Notes: generated from the sequence alone by a model not told the origin. 64,000 bases of DNA from Alphaproteobacteria bacterium (GCA_963555825.3 CAUVXB020000002.1:1376001-1440000); one strand, 5' to 3'. Numbered from the stretch's first letter, positions 1 through 10,971 are shown. Translations and numbers: made by a program.

Positions 1-10
1 GGTTAAGGGG

Positions 11-595
11 TTGACGCTCGACCGCGTCCTGGCGGGCGACCCGGAATGCGGCGCCGATATCGTCGAGGCGGCCAAGGAACTGGAGGAATTCGGCGTCCGG
101 GGCATCTCGAGCGATTGCGGCTTCCTGGTGCAGTACCAGGCGTTGGTCACGCGGGCGGTCAAGGTGCCGGTCTTCATGTCGAGCCTGCTTCAGATCCCGT
201 TCCTTTCCAAGATGTTCGATGCGTCGCGACCAGTCGGCTGCATCACGGCGACGCGCAAGAAGCTCGGCAACCGCGTCCTCGAACTGGCCGGCATAACCAG
301 CGACATCAACGTCGTCGTCAAAGGCATGGAGGATTATCCCCATTTCAAGGAATCGATCCTCGAAGAGTGCGGCGATCTCGACTCGGAGGTGATCGAGCAG
401 GAAACCGTCGAGGCCGCTCGCGAGCTCCAGTCGCGGCATCCGGACCTGGGCGCCATCGTGCTGGAATGCTCGCTCCTGCCGCCCTACGCCAACGCGGTGC
501 AGGACGCGACCGGGCTGCCGGTCTTCGACTTCGTCACCATGATCAACTACTTCTACGAGGGCACGCACCGGCGGGCCTATCAGGGCTATTACTGA
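11..595 (+). CDS. Asp/Glu/hydantoin racemase family protein (5' end probably outside window)
   Basis: Two catalytic-Cys motifs SSDCGFL and LECSLLPPY; C-terminal ATGLPVFD typical of the family. Confidence 0.8.
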   Translation: MTLDRVLAGDPECGADIVEAAKELEEFGVRGISSDCGFLVQYQALVTRAVKVPVFMSSLLQIPFLSKMFDASRPVGCITATRKKLGNRVLELAGITSDINVVVKGMEDYPHFKESILEECGDLDSEVIEQETVEAARELQSRHPDLGAIVLECSLLPPYANAVQDATGLPVFDFVTMINYFYEGTHRRAYQGYY

Positions 596-625
596 GCGCT
601 GGCAAACGCGGAAGGCAACCGACCG

Positions 626-1717
626 ATGATTGACGGTTCCGACAAGGTCGTCGCCGCCTTCGAAATCCGGCGGCGGCAATTCCTCGACATCGACGGCTCA
701 CCGGTCGCGGCGCTCCCGCCCTGCGCCGAGGATGCGGAATTCGCGCGCAAGCTCTATCGCGGCATGCTGTTCGCGCGCGCCTTCGACGCCAAATGCGTCA
801 ACCTGCAACGCACCGGCCGTCTCGGCACCTTTTCGACGGCGGCCGGCCAGGAGGCGGTGCCGATCGGGATCGCGTCCGCCATGCGCCGCGACGACGTGTT
901 CGTCCCCGCCTATCGGGAGGGCTCGGCCCAGATCGCGCGCGGCGTCCGCATCGACGAACTGCTCACCTTTTGGGGCGGCGACGAGCGGGGCAACCGTTAC
1001 GCCGATCCCGCGGTGGCGGACGACCTGCCGGTATGCATCACGGTCGGCAATCACGCGCTCCATGCCGCGGGCGTCGCGACGGCGCTGCAGATCAAGGGTG
1101 AAGACCGCGCCGCGCTTTGCGTCTTCGGCGACGGCGCGACGTCGAAAGGCGACGTCTACGAAGCGCTCAACGTCGCCGGCGTCTGGTCCCTTCCGGTGGT
1201 CTTCGTGATCGCCAATAACCAATGGGCAATCTCCACGCCGCTGAAACACCAGACCGCCGCCCAAACGCTGGCGCAGAAGGGGCTCGCGGGCGGCATCGAG
1301 GTGCTGCAGGTCGACGGCAGCGACGTCATCGCCGTCTATGACGCCGTGTCGCAAGCGCTCGAACGGGCGCGGGGCGGCGGCGGCGCCACGCTCGTCGAAT
1401 GCTTGGCATACCGTCTCCACGATCACAATACCGCCGACGACTCGACGCGATACCGTGATCCGGAAGAGGTCGAACGACAGTGGGCGCATTGCCCGCTGAA
1501 ACGCATGAGAGGATTTCTCGAAAGCAGGGGGTGGTGGGGCGACGAGCGCGAGGCGGCCGCGAAGGCGGCGATCGACGCCGAACTCGAGGCGGCCGTGGCT
1601 TCCTATCTCGCCAGGGAGCCGGACGGCGCCGCCGCCATGTTCGACCACCTGTTCGCGACGCTGCCCGCCGCCTACGCCGATCAGCGCGACGAGGCGATAA
1701 GGTATGAGGATGCCTGA
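626..1717 (+). CDS. pdhA: Pyruvate/2-oxoacid dehydrogenase E1 alpha subunit
   Basis: TPP-binding motif GDGATSKGD...NNQWAIS; LQRTGRLG and HNTADDSTRYR motifs. Confidence 0.9.
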   Translation: MIDGSDKVVAAFEIRRRQFLDIDGSPVAALPPCAEDAEFARKLYRGMLFARAFDAKCVNLQRTGRLGTFSTAAGQEAVPIGIASAMRRDDVFVPAYREGSAQIARGVRIDELLTFWGGDERGNRYADPAVADDLPVCITVGNHALHAAGVATALQIKGEDRAALCVFGDGATSKGDVYEALNVAGVWSLPVVFVIANNQWAISTPLKHQTAAQTLAQKGLAGGIEVLQVDGSDVIAVYDAVSQALERARGGGGATLVECLAYRLHDHNTADDSTRYRDPEEVERQWAHCPLKRMRGFLESRGWWGDEREAAAKAAIDAELEAAVASYLAREPDGAAAMFDHLFATLPAAYADQRDEAIRYEDA

Positions 1718-2690
1718 ACTGAATCTGGTTCAGGCCGTCAACCAAGCCCTGGCCCGAGCCCTCGAGGATGACCCGGCGGTCGTCGTGCTGGGGCAGGACA
1801 TCGGCATTCACGGCGGCGTGTTTCGGGCGACCGACGGGCTCTATCAGCGATTCGGCGGCACGCGCGTGCGCGACACGCCGCTCGCCGAAACGGCGCTGGG
1901 CGGCCTGACGCTCGGCATGGCGACGCAGGGACTCAAGCCGGTCTGCGAGATTCAGTTCCTCGGCTTCATCTATCCGGTGCTCGACAACCTCGCCAATCAC
2001 GCCTCGCGCATGCGCAACCGCACGCGCGGCCGGCTGACCTGCCCGATGGTCGTTCGCGTGACGCATGGCGGTGGCGTGCGCGCGCCCGAACATCATTCCG
2101 AGGCGCTCGAGTCGATGCTCGCGCATATTCCCGGGCTCAGGGTGGTCATCCCGTCTTCGCCCACGAAAGCCTATGGCCTGCTGCTGAGCGCGATCCGCGA
2201 CCCCGACCCGGTGGTCTTCCTGGAGCCGACCCGGCTTTACCGCGCGTTCAAGGAGCCGGTCGAGGACGACGGCGCGGGGGCCCCGCTCGATCGCTGCTTC
2301 GTCGTCCGCGAGGGAACGGATATCACGCTGGTCGCCTGGGGCGCGATGATGAAGGAGACGTTGGAGGCGGCCGCGCTCCTCGAGGAGCGCGGCGTGTCGG
2401 CCGAGGTGATCGACATCGCGACGATCACGCCGTTCGACGCGGAAACCGTCATCGCATCGGTCGGCAGGACCGGCCGGTGCGTCATCGTGCACGAGGCCGC
2501 GCGGACTGCCGGCTTCGGGGCGGAGATCGCCGCAACGCTCGCCGAACGGGCGATACTGGCCCTCCTCGCGCCGATCGAACGGGTAACCGGCTACGACGTG
2601 GTCATGCCGTTGCCGCGGCTCGAGAAGCATAACATTCCCTCGCCGCAGCGAATATTGGCGGCATGCGAGCGCAGCCTGAGGTTCGGTTGA
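1710..2690 (+). CDS. pdhB: Pyruvate/2-oxoacid dehydrogenase E1 beta subunit
   Basis: GGVFRATDGL, DTPLAE, EIQF and EHHSE motifs; overlaps pdhA stop. Confidence 0.9.
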   Translation: MPELNLVQAVNQALARALEDDPAVVVLGQDIGIHGGVFRATDGLYQRFGGTRVRDTPLAETALGGLTLGMATQGLKPVCEIQFLGFIYPVLDNLANHASRMRNRTRGRLTCPMVVRVTHGGGVRAPEHHSEALESMLAHIPGLRVVIPSSPTKAYGLLLSAIRDPDPVVFLEPTRLYRAFKEPVEDDGAGAPLDRCFVVREGTDITLVAWGAMMKETLEAAALLEERGVSAEVIDIATITPFDAETVIASVGRTGRCVIVHEAARTAGFGAEIAATLAERAILALLAPIERVTGYDVVMPLPRLEKHNIPSPQRILAACERSLRFG

Positions 2691-2825
2691 AGGCCCGGCC
2701 GATCGCCGTCACAGGCCGTCACATCACGCCGAAATCTCGAGTCATTCAAATTCCAACCCCGGTCGGGCAGGCAAGACTAACTCGCAATCGTCCAATGCAG
2801 CCCGCCGCGACTTCGGCTCGGGGTC

Positions 2826-4337
2826 CAGACTGTGTAAGAACGTTTGCTGCGTGATCTGTACGGCGCGTCTTTGGCTTCGATGATCCGTCGCGGCGGGTAT
2901 TCCGGGATTAAGGATTTTCGCCACTCGTGCGGACCTGTCGGCCGGCTGGCGCCGGTGTGAGCTGCGATTTGGCCGGATATGGGCGCAATTTGCGGCGCAG
3001 AGAGGCCTATGCGGTCCTCATCGCCGCGATCAGCGGGTCGATGCCCGTGATGTTCATGACGCGCTTGAGATTGTAGGCCAGCACGTGCAGGGCCATCTCG
3101 GTCCTCACCCGTTTCAGCGTCTTCGTCTGGAAATGCGTCGCGCCCATCCAGGACTTGATGGTGCCGAAGGGATGCTCGGCCGTCTCGCGCCGCCGACGCA
3201 TCGCCTCCGGGTGCTCGTCGAGCCGCCTCTCGACGGCCTCGAGAACATGCTCGTGCTGCCAGCGGGTGATGCGGCGCTGCTTGGCCGTGGTGCAGCGATG
3301 CTTGATGGCGCATCCCTGACAGGCGTTGGTCCAGTAGCGCCGCATGCTCAGCCCCCTCTCCTGGCTGGTGAAGCGGTAGACCAAACGCTCGCCGGCCGGG
3401 CAGCGATAGACATCGTCGGCGGCCAGATAGACGAAGTCCTGTTTGCCGAAGCGGCCCTTGGCCTTGGCTCCAGAGGTCAGCGGCTTAGGCAATGTGACGG
3501 TGATGCCGGCCTCATCGCAGGCCAGAATCTCCTTGCCGTTGTAGTAGCCGCGATCGGCAACGACATCCAACTCGTCGGTCTCCAGAGCCGCCTTGGTCCG
3601 CTTCGCCATGGCTGAGAGCTGGGCGCGGTCGGTGCCCTGATTGGTCACCTCGTGGGCGACGATCAGGTGGTGCTTGGTGTCGACGGCGGCCTGAACGTTG
3701 TAGCCGACCACGCCGGAACCCCGGCCGCTCGTCGCCATCGAGCGGGCATCGGGATCGCTCAGAGAGATCTGCTGGTCCGGGCTCGCACGCCGCTCGACTT
3801 CAAGCGCCTTCAGGCGCCGCATCTCCTCCTTGAGGATCGCGATCTTGTCGGCCAGACGAGTCGTCTTGGTCGTGCGCGCCAGCGACGGCTCTTGCCGGTC
3901 GGCGCTGTCCAACTGGTCCAGATAGCGCGCAACGCTCTCCTCGATCTGCGCCACCCGCCGCGCCATCTTGGCCCGCGTGAAGTTCCTGTCCCGGCTGTTG
4001 ACCGCCTTGAACTTCGAGCCATCGATCGCCACGCTCGCCTCGGCGAACAGCCCGAGTTGCCGGCACAGCGCGACGAACCGGGCGCAGACCTTGCGGATCG
4101 CACGGCCGTTGTCCTTGCGGAAGTCGGCGATCGTCTTGTGATCCGGCGCCAGCCGGCCGACCAGCCACATCACTTCCACATTGCGCCCGGCCTCCCTCTC
4201 GAGCCGACGGCTCGACTGAACCCGGTTGAGATAGCCGTAGATGTAGAGCTTCAACAAATCGCAAGGATGATAGGCCGGCCTGCCGGTCGCCAGCGGCTCG
4301 ACCCGGTCGAACCCGAGGCCGCCAAGATCGAGCTCAT
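2826..4337 (-). mobile_element. IS1182-family element, 5'-truncated by IS21 insertion
   Basis: Appears identical to the copy at 33578-35261 (offset 30752) from the IR CAGACTGTGTAAGAACG up to AGCTCAT at 4337, where identity stops. Confidence 0.92.
3007..4337 (-). pseudogene. IS1182 transposase lacking its N-terminal ~37 codons
   Basis: Protein matches the 33759-35201 transposase from ELDLGGLGF onward; its own start is replaced by the IS21 end. Confidence 0.88.
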
Positions 4338-4528
4338 TGTCAATGGCGGAGCAAAAAGGGACCACCTCGGCGGTGTAAGAAGGGACCGCTTGGCGGCTGC
4401 GGGCTTGTCCCCGTAGTCCACGGGAGGGCCCCGCGCGCGACGCGGCGTGCCCTCAACAGGCTGACGCGGCGGCGCGCGCGGGAGGGACCTGTGGGCCCAC
4501 GGGGTCAAGCGTGGGCTGGGTGGTCGGT

Positions 4529-5293
4529 TCAGTTAGCAGTCGGGGTTTGACGCCTGCGGCTCTGGTTGAGCCTGTAGCTGTCACCGTTCATCTCGAGGAT
4601 GTTGACGTGGTGGGTGAGGCGATCGAGGAGCGCGCCGGTGAGGCGCTCGGAGCCGAACACCTCGGTCCATTCGTCGAAGGGCAGATTGGTGGTGACCAGG
4701 GTCGAGCCCCGCTCGTAGCGTTGGCTGAACACCTCGAACAACAGCTCGGCGCCGGTCTTCGACAGCGGCACGAAGCCGAGTTCGTCGACGATCAGAAGCT
4801 TGTAGGTGGCGAGCTTCTTCTGGAACCTCAGCAGCTGCTTGTCATCGCGGGCCTCGATGAGTTCGTGGACCAGCGCGGCGGCGGTGATGAAGCCGACCGA
4901 GAGGCCCTTCTGGCAGGCCGCCAGGCCGAGACCGAGGGCGATGTGGGTCTTGCCGGTCCCACTGTTGCCGAGCGCGATGAGGTTCTCGCGGCGCTCGATG
5001 TACTCGCAGCGGGCCAGCTCCAGGACCAGCGCCTTGTTGAGCGAGGGGATGACCTTGAAGTCGAAGCTGTCGAGGCTCTTGACCACGGGGAAGCGCGCCG
5101 CCTTGATGCGCCGCTCGACCATGCGGCGCTCGCGGTCGATCAGCTCGAGCTCGGCGAGTCTCAACAGGTAGCGGACGTGATCGACGCCTTCCGAGGCGCA
5201 CTGCCGGGCGATCTTGTCGTACTCGCGCAGGAAGGTCGGCAGCTTCAGCGTCTTGAGGTGGTGGGCGAGCAGCACTTGCGGTGTGTCGGTCAT
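4529..5293 (-). CDS. istB: IS21 helper ATPase IstB
   Basis: Walker A GNSGTGKT, Walker B LLIVDELG, LLDRLTHH. Confidence 0.95.
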   Translation of the reverse strand: MTDTPQVLLAHHLKTLKLPTFLREYDKIARQCASEGVDHVRYLLRLAELELIDRERRMVERRIKAARFPVVKSLDSFDFKVIPSLNKALVLELARCEYIERRENLIALGNSGTGKTHIALGLGLAACQKGLSVGFITAAALVHELIEARDDKQLLRFQKKLATYKLLIVDELGFVPLSKTGAELLFEVFSQRYERGSTLVTTNLPFDEWTEVFGSERLTGALLDRLTHHVNILEMNGDSYRLNQSRRRQTPTAN

Positions 5294-6789
5294 GCGCCGA
5301 GCCCCGACAGCAGGCTCATGTACGACTTGGCGGACGTCATCGCGACCCGGGCGCGCGGCAGATACGGATAGACGTCGAGGTTGAGCCTGGGCGGCCGCCG
5401 CTCGATGCGGCACAGTACCAGGTGCTTCACCGCATCAAAGCCGATTGCGCCGAGCCGCAGGGCGTCGCCGACCGCACCCTCGACCTCCTCGAGCCGGAAG
5501 GTCTCCAGTAGACGGAGCACCTGGACGTACTCGCGCTTGCCTGCCTTGCCCATACGAGCTTCGAGGAGCCGCCGCAGAGTGATGAAGGCCTCGGGCAGGT
5601 CCCAGCCCGCCAATGGCGCGGCCTGGTCGAGGGCGCCGATCTTCTGCTCGATCAAGGGCAGGTAATGCAGCGGGTCGAAGATCAGGTCCTCGCTGTCGTA
5701 GGACCGGCGGTGCCGGGCGATCACCTCGGCCCCGCAGCTGATCACCACCTCATCGACGTAGCCCCGGATGAGCACCTCACGGTGGCCGTAGGCCACGGGC
5801 ACGGAATAGTCGTTGCTGCGGTAACGCACCAGCGACAGCGAACTCGCCCGTCCAGGGCGCTTATCGCAGGCATCATAGGGAGCAGGCGGCAATGGCAAGA
5901 GAACTTGACGATCCCGCTCGAGACGCTCGCCGATGGTCTCCTTGTGGCCCCGCAGCCGCGCCGCCTGGCGCCGGCGGCACTGTTCGGCGAGAGCATCGTT
6001 GAGGGCCGCGAAGCTCTCGGCACGCGGGACGGGGACCAGGAAGTTCCGCCGGATGAAGCCGACCAGTCCCTCGACCTTGCCCTTGTCGTTGCCCTTGCCC
6101 GGCCGGCCGAACCTGTCCTCGAACAGATAGTGGGACTGAAGCTCCGTGAAGACGCGCGTTCGCTGCCGCTTCCCATCGCCCAGGATCCGGGCAACCGCCA
6201 GCTTGGTGTTGTCGTACAGGATGGATCGGGGGACGCCGCCGAAGAAGGCAAACGCCGCGTTGTGGCCATCGCAGAATGCTTCGGTCGTCTCCGCCGGATA
6301 GGCCGCAACAAAGCAACCATCACTGTGGGGAAGGTCGAAGGCAAGGAAGTGGATCTTCCGTAACGCGCCGCCGATCACCGCCATCGCTTCGCCGAAGTCC
6401 GCCTGGGCGTGACCGGGGGAATGGGAGAGTGGCACGAACACCTCACGCGACCGAAGCCCCTGCTCACGAACGTAGTCCTTCACGATGGTGTAGCCGCCCG
6501 TGAAACCGTACTCGTCCCGGAGGCGGTCGAAGATGCGCTTCGCAGTGTGCCGTTGCTTGCGGTGGCTGGTCCGATCGTCTTCCAAGATCCGATCGATGAT
6601 TCCCGTGAACGGACCCAGCTTTGGCCGCCTCGGCGGCGCGCTTCGGCGATACCCTGGCGGCACCGAGAACGACAGCATCTTACGGACCGTCTTGCGGTCT
6701 ACACCAAACACCCGCGAGGCCTCGCGGGTGCTCATCCCCTCGACATGACACGCCCGCCGAACCCGTGCGTACAACTCCACCCGATACAT
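5290..6789 (-). CDS. istA: IS21 transposase IstA
   Basis: N-terminal HTH; AQADFG, YDNTK and KGKVEG DDE motifs; overlaps istB start. Confidence 0.95.
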   Translation of the reverse strand: MYRVELYARVRRACHVEGMSTREASRVFGVDRKTVRKMLSFSVPPGYRRSAPPRRPKLGPFTGIIDRILEDDRTSHRKQRHTAKRIFDRLRDEYGFTGGYTIVKDYVREQGLRSREVFVPLSHSPGHAQADFGEAMAVIGGALRKIHFLAFDLPHSDGCFVAAYPAETTEAFCDGHNAAFAFFGGVPRSILYDNTKLAVARILGDGKRQRTRVFTELQSHYLFEDRFGRPGKGNDKGKVEGLVGFIRRNFLVPVPRAESFAALNDALAEQCRRRQAARLRGHKETIGERLERDRQVLLPLPPAPYDACDKRPGRASSLSLVRYRSNDYSVPVAYGHREVLIRGYVDEVVISCGAEVIARHRRSYDSEDLIFDPLHYLPLIEQKIGALDQAAPLAGWDLPEAFITLRRLLEARMGKAGKREYVQVLRLLETFRLEEVEGAVGDALRLGAIGFDAVKHLVLCRIERRPPRLNLDVYPYLPRARVAMTSAKSYMSLLSGLGA

Positions 6790-6907
6790 CCCCCCCGCCT
6801 TCCAGTCAGAGCAACCCTGACAGAAGGCTATACGCGGTCCCATTTTGGTCCGCCGCAGCCGGATCGACCGGCCGCTTCAGTGGGGGATTATTGCTCTGCC
6901 GTTCTCA

Positions 6908-7955
6908 CCTCGATCAGACACCCAGGAGCCTTGGCGACGTTCGCCCCTTCGACACTGCGGAGGCGTTCCTGCTCTACGACGCCATCTTTGCTCCCACCGA
7001 ACCGTTGCTCGAAGGTGTCCGCCACGTCTTCGTCGTGCCCGACGGGGCGCTACAGAGCTTGCCTGTTTGTGTCCTGGTGACGAAGGAGCCCGAGCACCGC
7101 GTGCGCAAGCTCGAGGACTACGCCGATGTGCCGTGGCTCGCTAAGCGGTATGCAATGACGGTGCTGCCCTCGGTGTCGTCGCTGCGCGCGCTGCGTCAGT
7201 TCGCCAAGGCGGCGCGGGCCACGTACCCCTTCGTCGGTTTTGGCGACCCGCTGCTCGAGGGCGATCCCGGTCGTGGGCGCGGTTTCGACGTCGCTGCCCT
7301 ATTCACCCGTGGCGCGGTAGCCGATGTCGACGGTGTCCGCAAACTTCCACGCCTGCCCGACACCGCCGACGAGTTGCGGGCGCTAGCTCAGAGCCTCGGG
7401 GTCGAGGACGAAATGGTGTTCCTAGGCGAGCGAGCGACAGAGACATTGGTGCGCTCGGAAGACCTCTCCCGTTACCGCGTCCTCGCCTTCGCTACCCACG
7501 GCCTCGTCGCCGGTGATCTCAAGGGCGTCGCCGAGCCGGCGCTCGTATTTACGCCGCCGGAGACTGGGTCCGAGGCGGACGACGGGCTCCTCACCGCAAG
7601 TGAGATCGCCACGCTGAACCTCGACGCTGATTGGGTCATCCTTTCCGCCTGCAACACTGCTGCGGCCGACGGCACACCGGGGGCCGAAGGCCTCTCTGGG
7701 CTCGCCAAGGCATTCTTCTACGCCGGCGCGCGAGCGCTCCTGGTGTCGCATTGGTCAGTGGTCTCGGATGCAGCGGTCAAGCTTACGACGACAATGTTCG
7801 ATGAAATGCGTGATGATCCCGACATAGGCCGCGCCGAGGCGCTGCGACGTGCAAGGCTCAAGCTGATGACCGACGTGGAGAAACCCTACTTCGCCCATCC
7901 CATGTTCTGGGCTCCATTCGTGGTCGTCGGAGAGGGCGGCGTACCGCAAGGGTAG
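6908..7955 (+). pseudogene. C-terminal CHAT (caspase-like) domain fragment, 5' part removed
   Basis: VPDGALQSLP, FATHG, VILSACNTA and HPMFWAPFVVVG CHAT motifs; reading frame begins at the IS21 boundary with no start codon. Confidence 0.85.
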
Positions 7956-8102
7956 TGCGAGGCGGCTCTCGCACGACCGTCGCCCGGATCAGCATGATCG
8001 CCATCGCCTGATGAGAGTTCCGATATGGGACCCATATCCACCTCCTCGGATGGGACCCGCTGGCTACCAGAAAAACCGACCTTGGAACGAGAGATCGCCG
8101 AC

Positions 8103-9250
8103 ATACAGCATGAACCTGATGGGACCCACCGCCGTCGCGATGTACCCCTCCCCCCGGGGTCCGAACATGTGCGGCCGATCTTGGTCCGATTGCCTGGCCT
8201 CCAACTTGACGCCCAGATCACCAGTCGAGCGGTGGCATCATGGGAAACCAGAGAGGATTGCAGCCACCGAGGGCCGCGAGGGCGACGATGACCCGGTGAC
8301 CAGCAACGCGATGATGATCCAATCACGCCCTGTCTTGTCCGTCATACGCCTCGCTCCCCCGTTTCGGCGCCGGCAGCGTGCCACGCTTCGGTAGTCGGGT
8401 CACGTTGAAGGCGTCGTCGAGCTCGTCATCCCGTTCCCATTGCGCGATGCGCTCGGCGATCGGCAGGATGCTACCATCACTCTCGCCTTCGCCGCCGTAG
8501 GCTTCGAGACCGTGGGCGATGCGCTCGATGGTGACAAGCTCCTTGAGCGCCGCCGTCAGGGACCGCGCGACCGCCGCCCTGGCCGGCAACGCCGCCGTCA
8601 CCACGCGGTCAAGCCGATGCTGGATGCGGTTCAATCCCGACATATCCTCTTTGCCGTCGGCAATCGCCCGAAGGTCGGTCAGCAAGGTCTCCACCTCGGC
8701 AGCGCGTTCGTGTTCGGTCGACAGCTCGGTGAACAGCCTGCACACCAGCTCTTGAGCGCGTGCCACGATGGTACGGTGATCGCGCACCACCTCGGACTGG
8801 TCGCGGCCGGCGAGTGCCTGGAGCTCGTCGTCGGTCAGCGCGCGGGCGTGAAAGGGCGTCTTCGACGCGGCTGCTAGGCCGTCCACATCCCCAAACGACA
8901 CATCATCGCCTTCAACCTGGTTGGTATCGCCAGGTTGACGGGGAGAGAATTCGCCGTGGTCGGTGAAGCTATCTGGCATGGTTCGTCGCTTCGCTCCCGA
9001 TGATGTTTTGAGGTGAGGTGCCACCAGCCAGGTTCGCCGGTAGCTCGGTGGGTGAGACCGATGGAGTTTCAGCTTGGCGGCGTTCCTGGCTGGCGGCTGG
9101 CGCTTTTATCACGTCGCTAGGGGGTCCAGGGTGATCGTGCGCCATAGTCGTCTCGCGCGCGTTCCGTTCACAGCTCTACGAGGTGAGACCCAGCCCATAC
9201 GACGTGAACCTAGTGGGACCCGCCACCGTCGCAATGTACCCTTCCCCCCC
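8103..9250 (+). repeat. Imperfect ~50-bp direct repeat pair (8103-8155 and 9196-9250) flanking a phage-like ORF
   Basis: TGAACCTGATGGGACCCACCGCCGTCGCGATGTACCCCTCCCCCC vs TGAACCTAGTGGGACCCGCCACCGTCGCAATGTACCCTTCCCCCC. Confidence 0.75.
8323..8979 (-). CDS. Hypothetical phage-like helical protein (possible terminase small subunit-like remnant)
   Basis: Long ORF; segment LTAALKELVTIERIAHGL resembles phage TerS-type C-termini (recollection, unverified); start uncertain (8979 or 9024). Confidence 0.45.
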   Translation of the reverse strand: MPDSFTDHGEFSPRQPGDTNQVEGDDVSFGDVDGLAAASKTPFHARALTDDELQALAGRDQSEVVRDHRTIVARAQELVCRLFTELSTEHERAAEVETLLTDLRAIADGKEDMSGLNRIQHRLDRVVTAALPARAAVARSLTAALKELVTIERIAHGLEAYGGEGESDGSILPIAERIAQWERDDELDDAFNVTRLPKRGTLPAPKRGSEAYDGQDRA

Positions 9251-9318
9251 ACCTGGTTCCTTATCGTCAGAGTCGGTTGGTCCAATCAGCATGGGGACAT
9301 TAGCACGGATTGGGGCAA

Positions 9319-9387
9319 TTCCCTACCCCGTTCCCTACCCAAGATCAAATTCTGGAGATTTGGGAACAGATAAGTCATTGATTTAAT
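9319..9387. other. Putative att-site arm of an element integrated at tRNA-Lys
   Basis: Tandem TTCCCTACCC (9319-9328, 9331-9340) and AT-rich TAAGTCATTGATTTAAT abutting the tRNA CCA end. Confidence 0.55.
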
Positions 9388-9463
<76 letters not shown>

Positions 9464-9674
9464 ACCGAGGCCCGGCGATATATCAGAGCCTTTGTGCTTT
9501 GTCGATAGCCGCCCACGCGTCGCTGGTTCGTGTCAGTCGCGCGTGCCGTTGCAAGGCTCGGTGATCCTGATCGGCGAGACGCGAACTTCAATGTCAACGG
9601 CCTCGACTCGGGCCTGCACCGGTTCAACATCAGCGTCAGCCTCGACCGGGTCCCCCGGCGGCGTGGGCGGCGGC

Positions 9675-10685
9675 TTAGCGCTGGCGGCGTGAGCGGCGGC
9701 GGAGCGCGCTGCCGGCGACCGGCGCCTTGATCGCCGCGGCGACCGGGCCCAGCGCGTCCTCGATGGCATCGAGGTCGGGCGCGTCCACAGGTGCATAGCC
9801 CTCGATCGCGTTGACGATAGCCCTCAAATGCACCGGCGTCGCGCCGCAGCAGGCACCGATGATGCGCGCGCCCGAATCGCGCGCCATGCGGCCATAGCGC
9901 GCCATCACCTCGGGCGTGCCGTCATATATGATCTTGCCGTCGATGTAGTCGGGCACGCCGCAGTTGCTCTTGGCGACCAGCACATCGTCGGGCCCGGCGA
10001 CACGCGCCAGGCCGGTCAGCACGTTGACCAACTCGGCCGGGCCGTTGCCGCAGTTGGCGCCGTAGGCGATCGGCGTCGGCGTGAGACCCTGGCAAAATGC
10101 CGCTGCCTGCGCCGGCGTCACGCCCATCATGGTGCGCCCGACGGTGTCGAAGGTCATCGTGCAGACCACCGGCAGGCCCGTCGTCGGGGCGCCGGCGGCG
10201 GCCGCGGCGACCTCCTCCTCGGACGACATGGTCTCGATCCAGATGACGTCGGCGCCGCCCGCCGCCAGCGCCTGGGCCTGGGCGGTGAAGGCCGCGACGC
10301 CGTCGGCCATCGACAGCGCGCCGAGCGGCGCGAACAGCTCGCCCGTCGGGCCGATATCGCCGGCGACGACAATCGGTCGGTCGGCCGCGTCGGCGACGCC
10401 GCGCGCGACACGCGCGCCCGCCTCGTTGAGCTCGGCGACCCGGTCTGCCATCTGGTGGAGCTTGAGCCGGTACGCGTTGGCGCCGAAGGTATTGGTCAGG
10501 ATGATGTCGGCGCCGGCATCGACGAAACCCTGGTGGACCAGGGCGATGCGGTCGGCATGATCGACGTTCCATTGCTCGGGCGAGCCGCCGGTCTCGAGGC
10601 CGAGCGCGAACAGGCTGGTGCCCATGCCGCCGTCGGAAACCAGATAGGGTTTGTGATCGAGCAGCCTGCGCAGCACATCGGTCAT
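9675..10685 (-). CDS. bmt: Betaine-homocysteine S-methyltransferase (MetH homocysteine-binding module)
   Basis: DGGMGT, GADIILTNTFG, GANCG and IIGACCG zinc-ligand motifs. Confidence 0.88.
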   Translation of the reverse strand: MTDVLRRLLDHKPYLVSDGGMGTSLFALGLETGGSPEQWNVDHADRIALVHQGFVDAGADIILTNTFGANAYRLKLHQMADRVAELNEAGARVARGVADAADRPIVVAGDIGPTGELFAPLGALSMADGVAAFTAQAQALAAGGADVIWIETMSSEEEVAAAAAGAPTTGLPVVCTMTFDTVGRTMMGVTPAQAAAFCQGLTPTPIAYGANCGNGPAELVNVLTGLARVAGPDDVLVAKSNCGVPDYIDGKIIYDGTPEVMARYGRMARDSGARIIGACCGATPVHLRAIVNAIEGYAPVDAPDLDAIEDALGPVAAAIKAPVAGSALRRRSRRQR

Positions 10686-10728
10686 CGGACGGCCAGTTCC
10701 CACTCTCGTATTATGTCGCTTGGGCGCA

Positions 10729-10971
10729 CTATGTCGCCCGGGCGCCCGACGCCCGGGCCCGGCCGCGACGGGTCTGGCGCCGGGCCGGCAGACCGATCGC
10801 CTGGCGCCGTTCGTGCAACCGCTCGAGCACCGCGCGCTTGCCATCGTAGTCGAGCGACGACCAGCCGGCGATTTCGTCGGTGGTGCGCAGGCAGCCCTGG
10901 CACCAGCCGTTCACCGGGTCCAGCGTGCAGACGCTGACACAGGGCGACACCAAATCGAACCGATCACTCAT
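10729..10971 (-). CDS. DUF1289 small Cys-rich (putative Fe-S) protein
   Basis: SPCVSVC...GWCQGCLRTTDEIAGW signature. Confidence 0.85.
   Translation of the reverse strand: MSDRFDLVSPCVSVCTLDPVNGWCQGCLRTTDEIAGWSSLDYDGKRAVLERLHERRQAIGLPARRQTRRGRARASGARAT

Larger units (their letters stand above)
4338..6907 (-). mobile_element. IS21-family insertion sequence
   Basis: TG...CA ends; imperfect IRs TGTCAATGGCGGAGCAAAAAGGGACCA and (reverse complement) TGAGAACGGCAGAGCAATAATCCCCCA; contains istA and istB. Confidence 0.92.

Noticed and set aside
6621-7955. 444-aa ORF as an intact CHAT protein
   Set aside because: The first ~95 codons are antisense IS21 sequence; only 6908 onward is CHAT-like.
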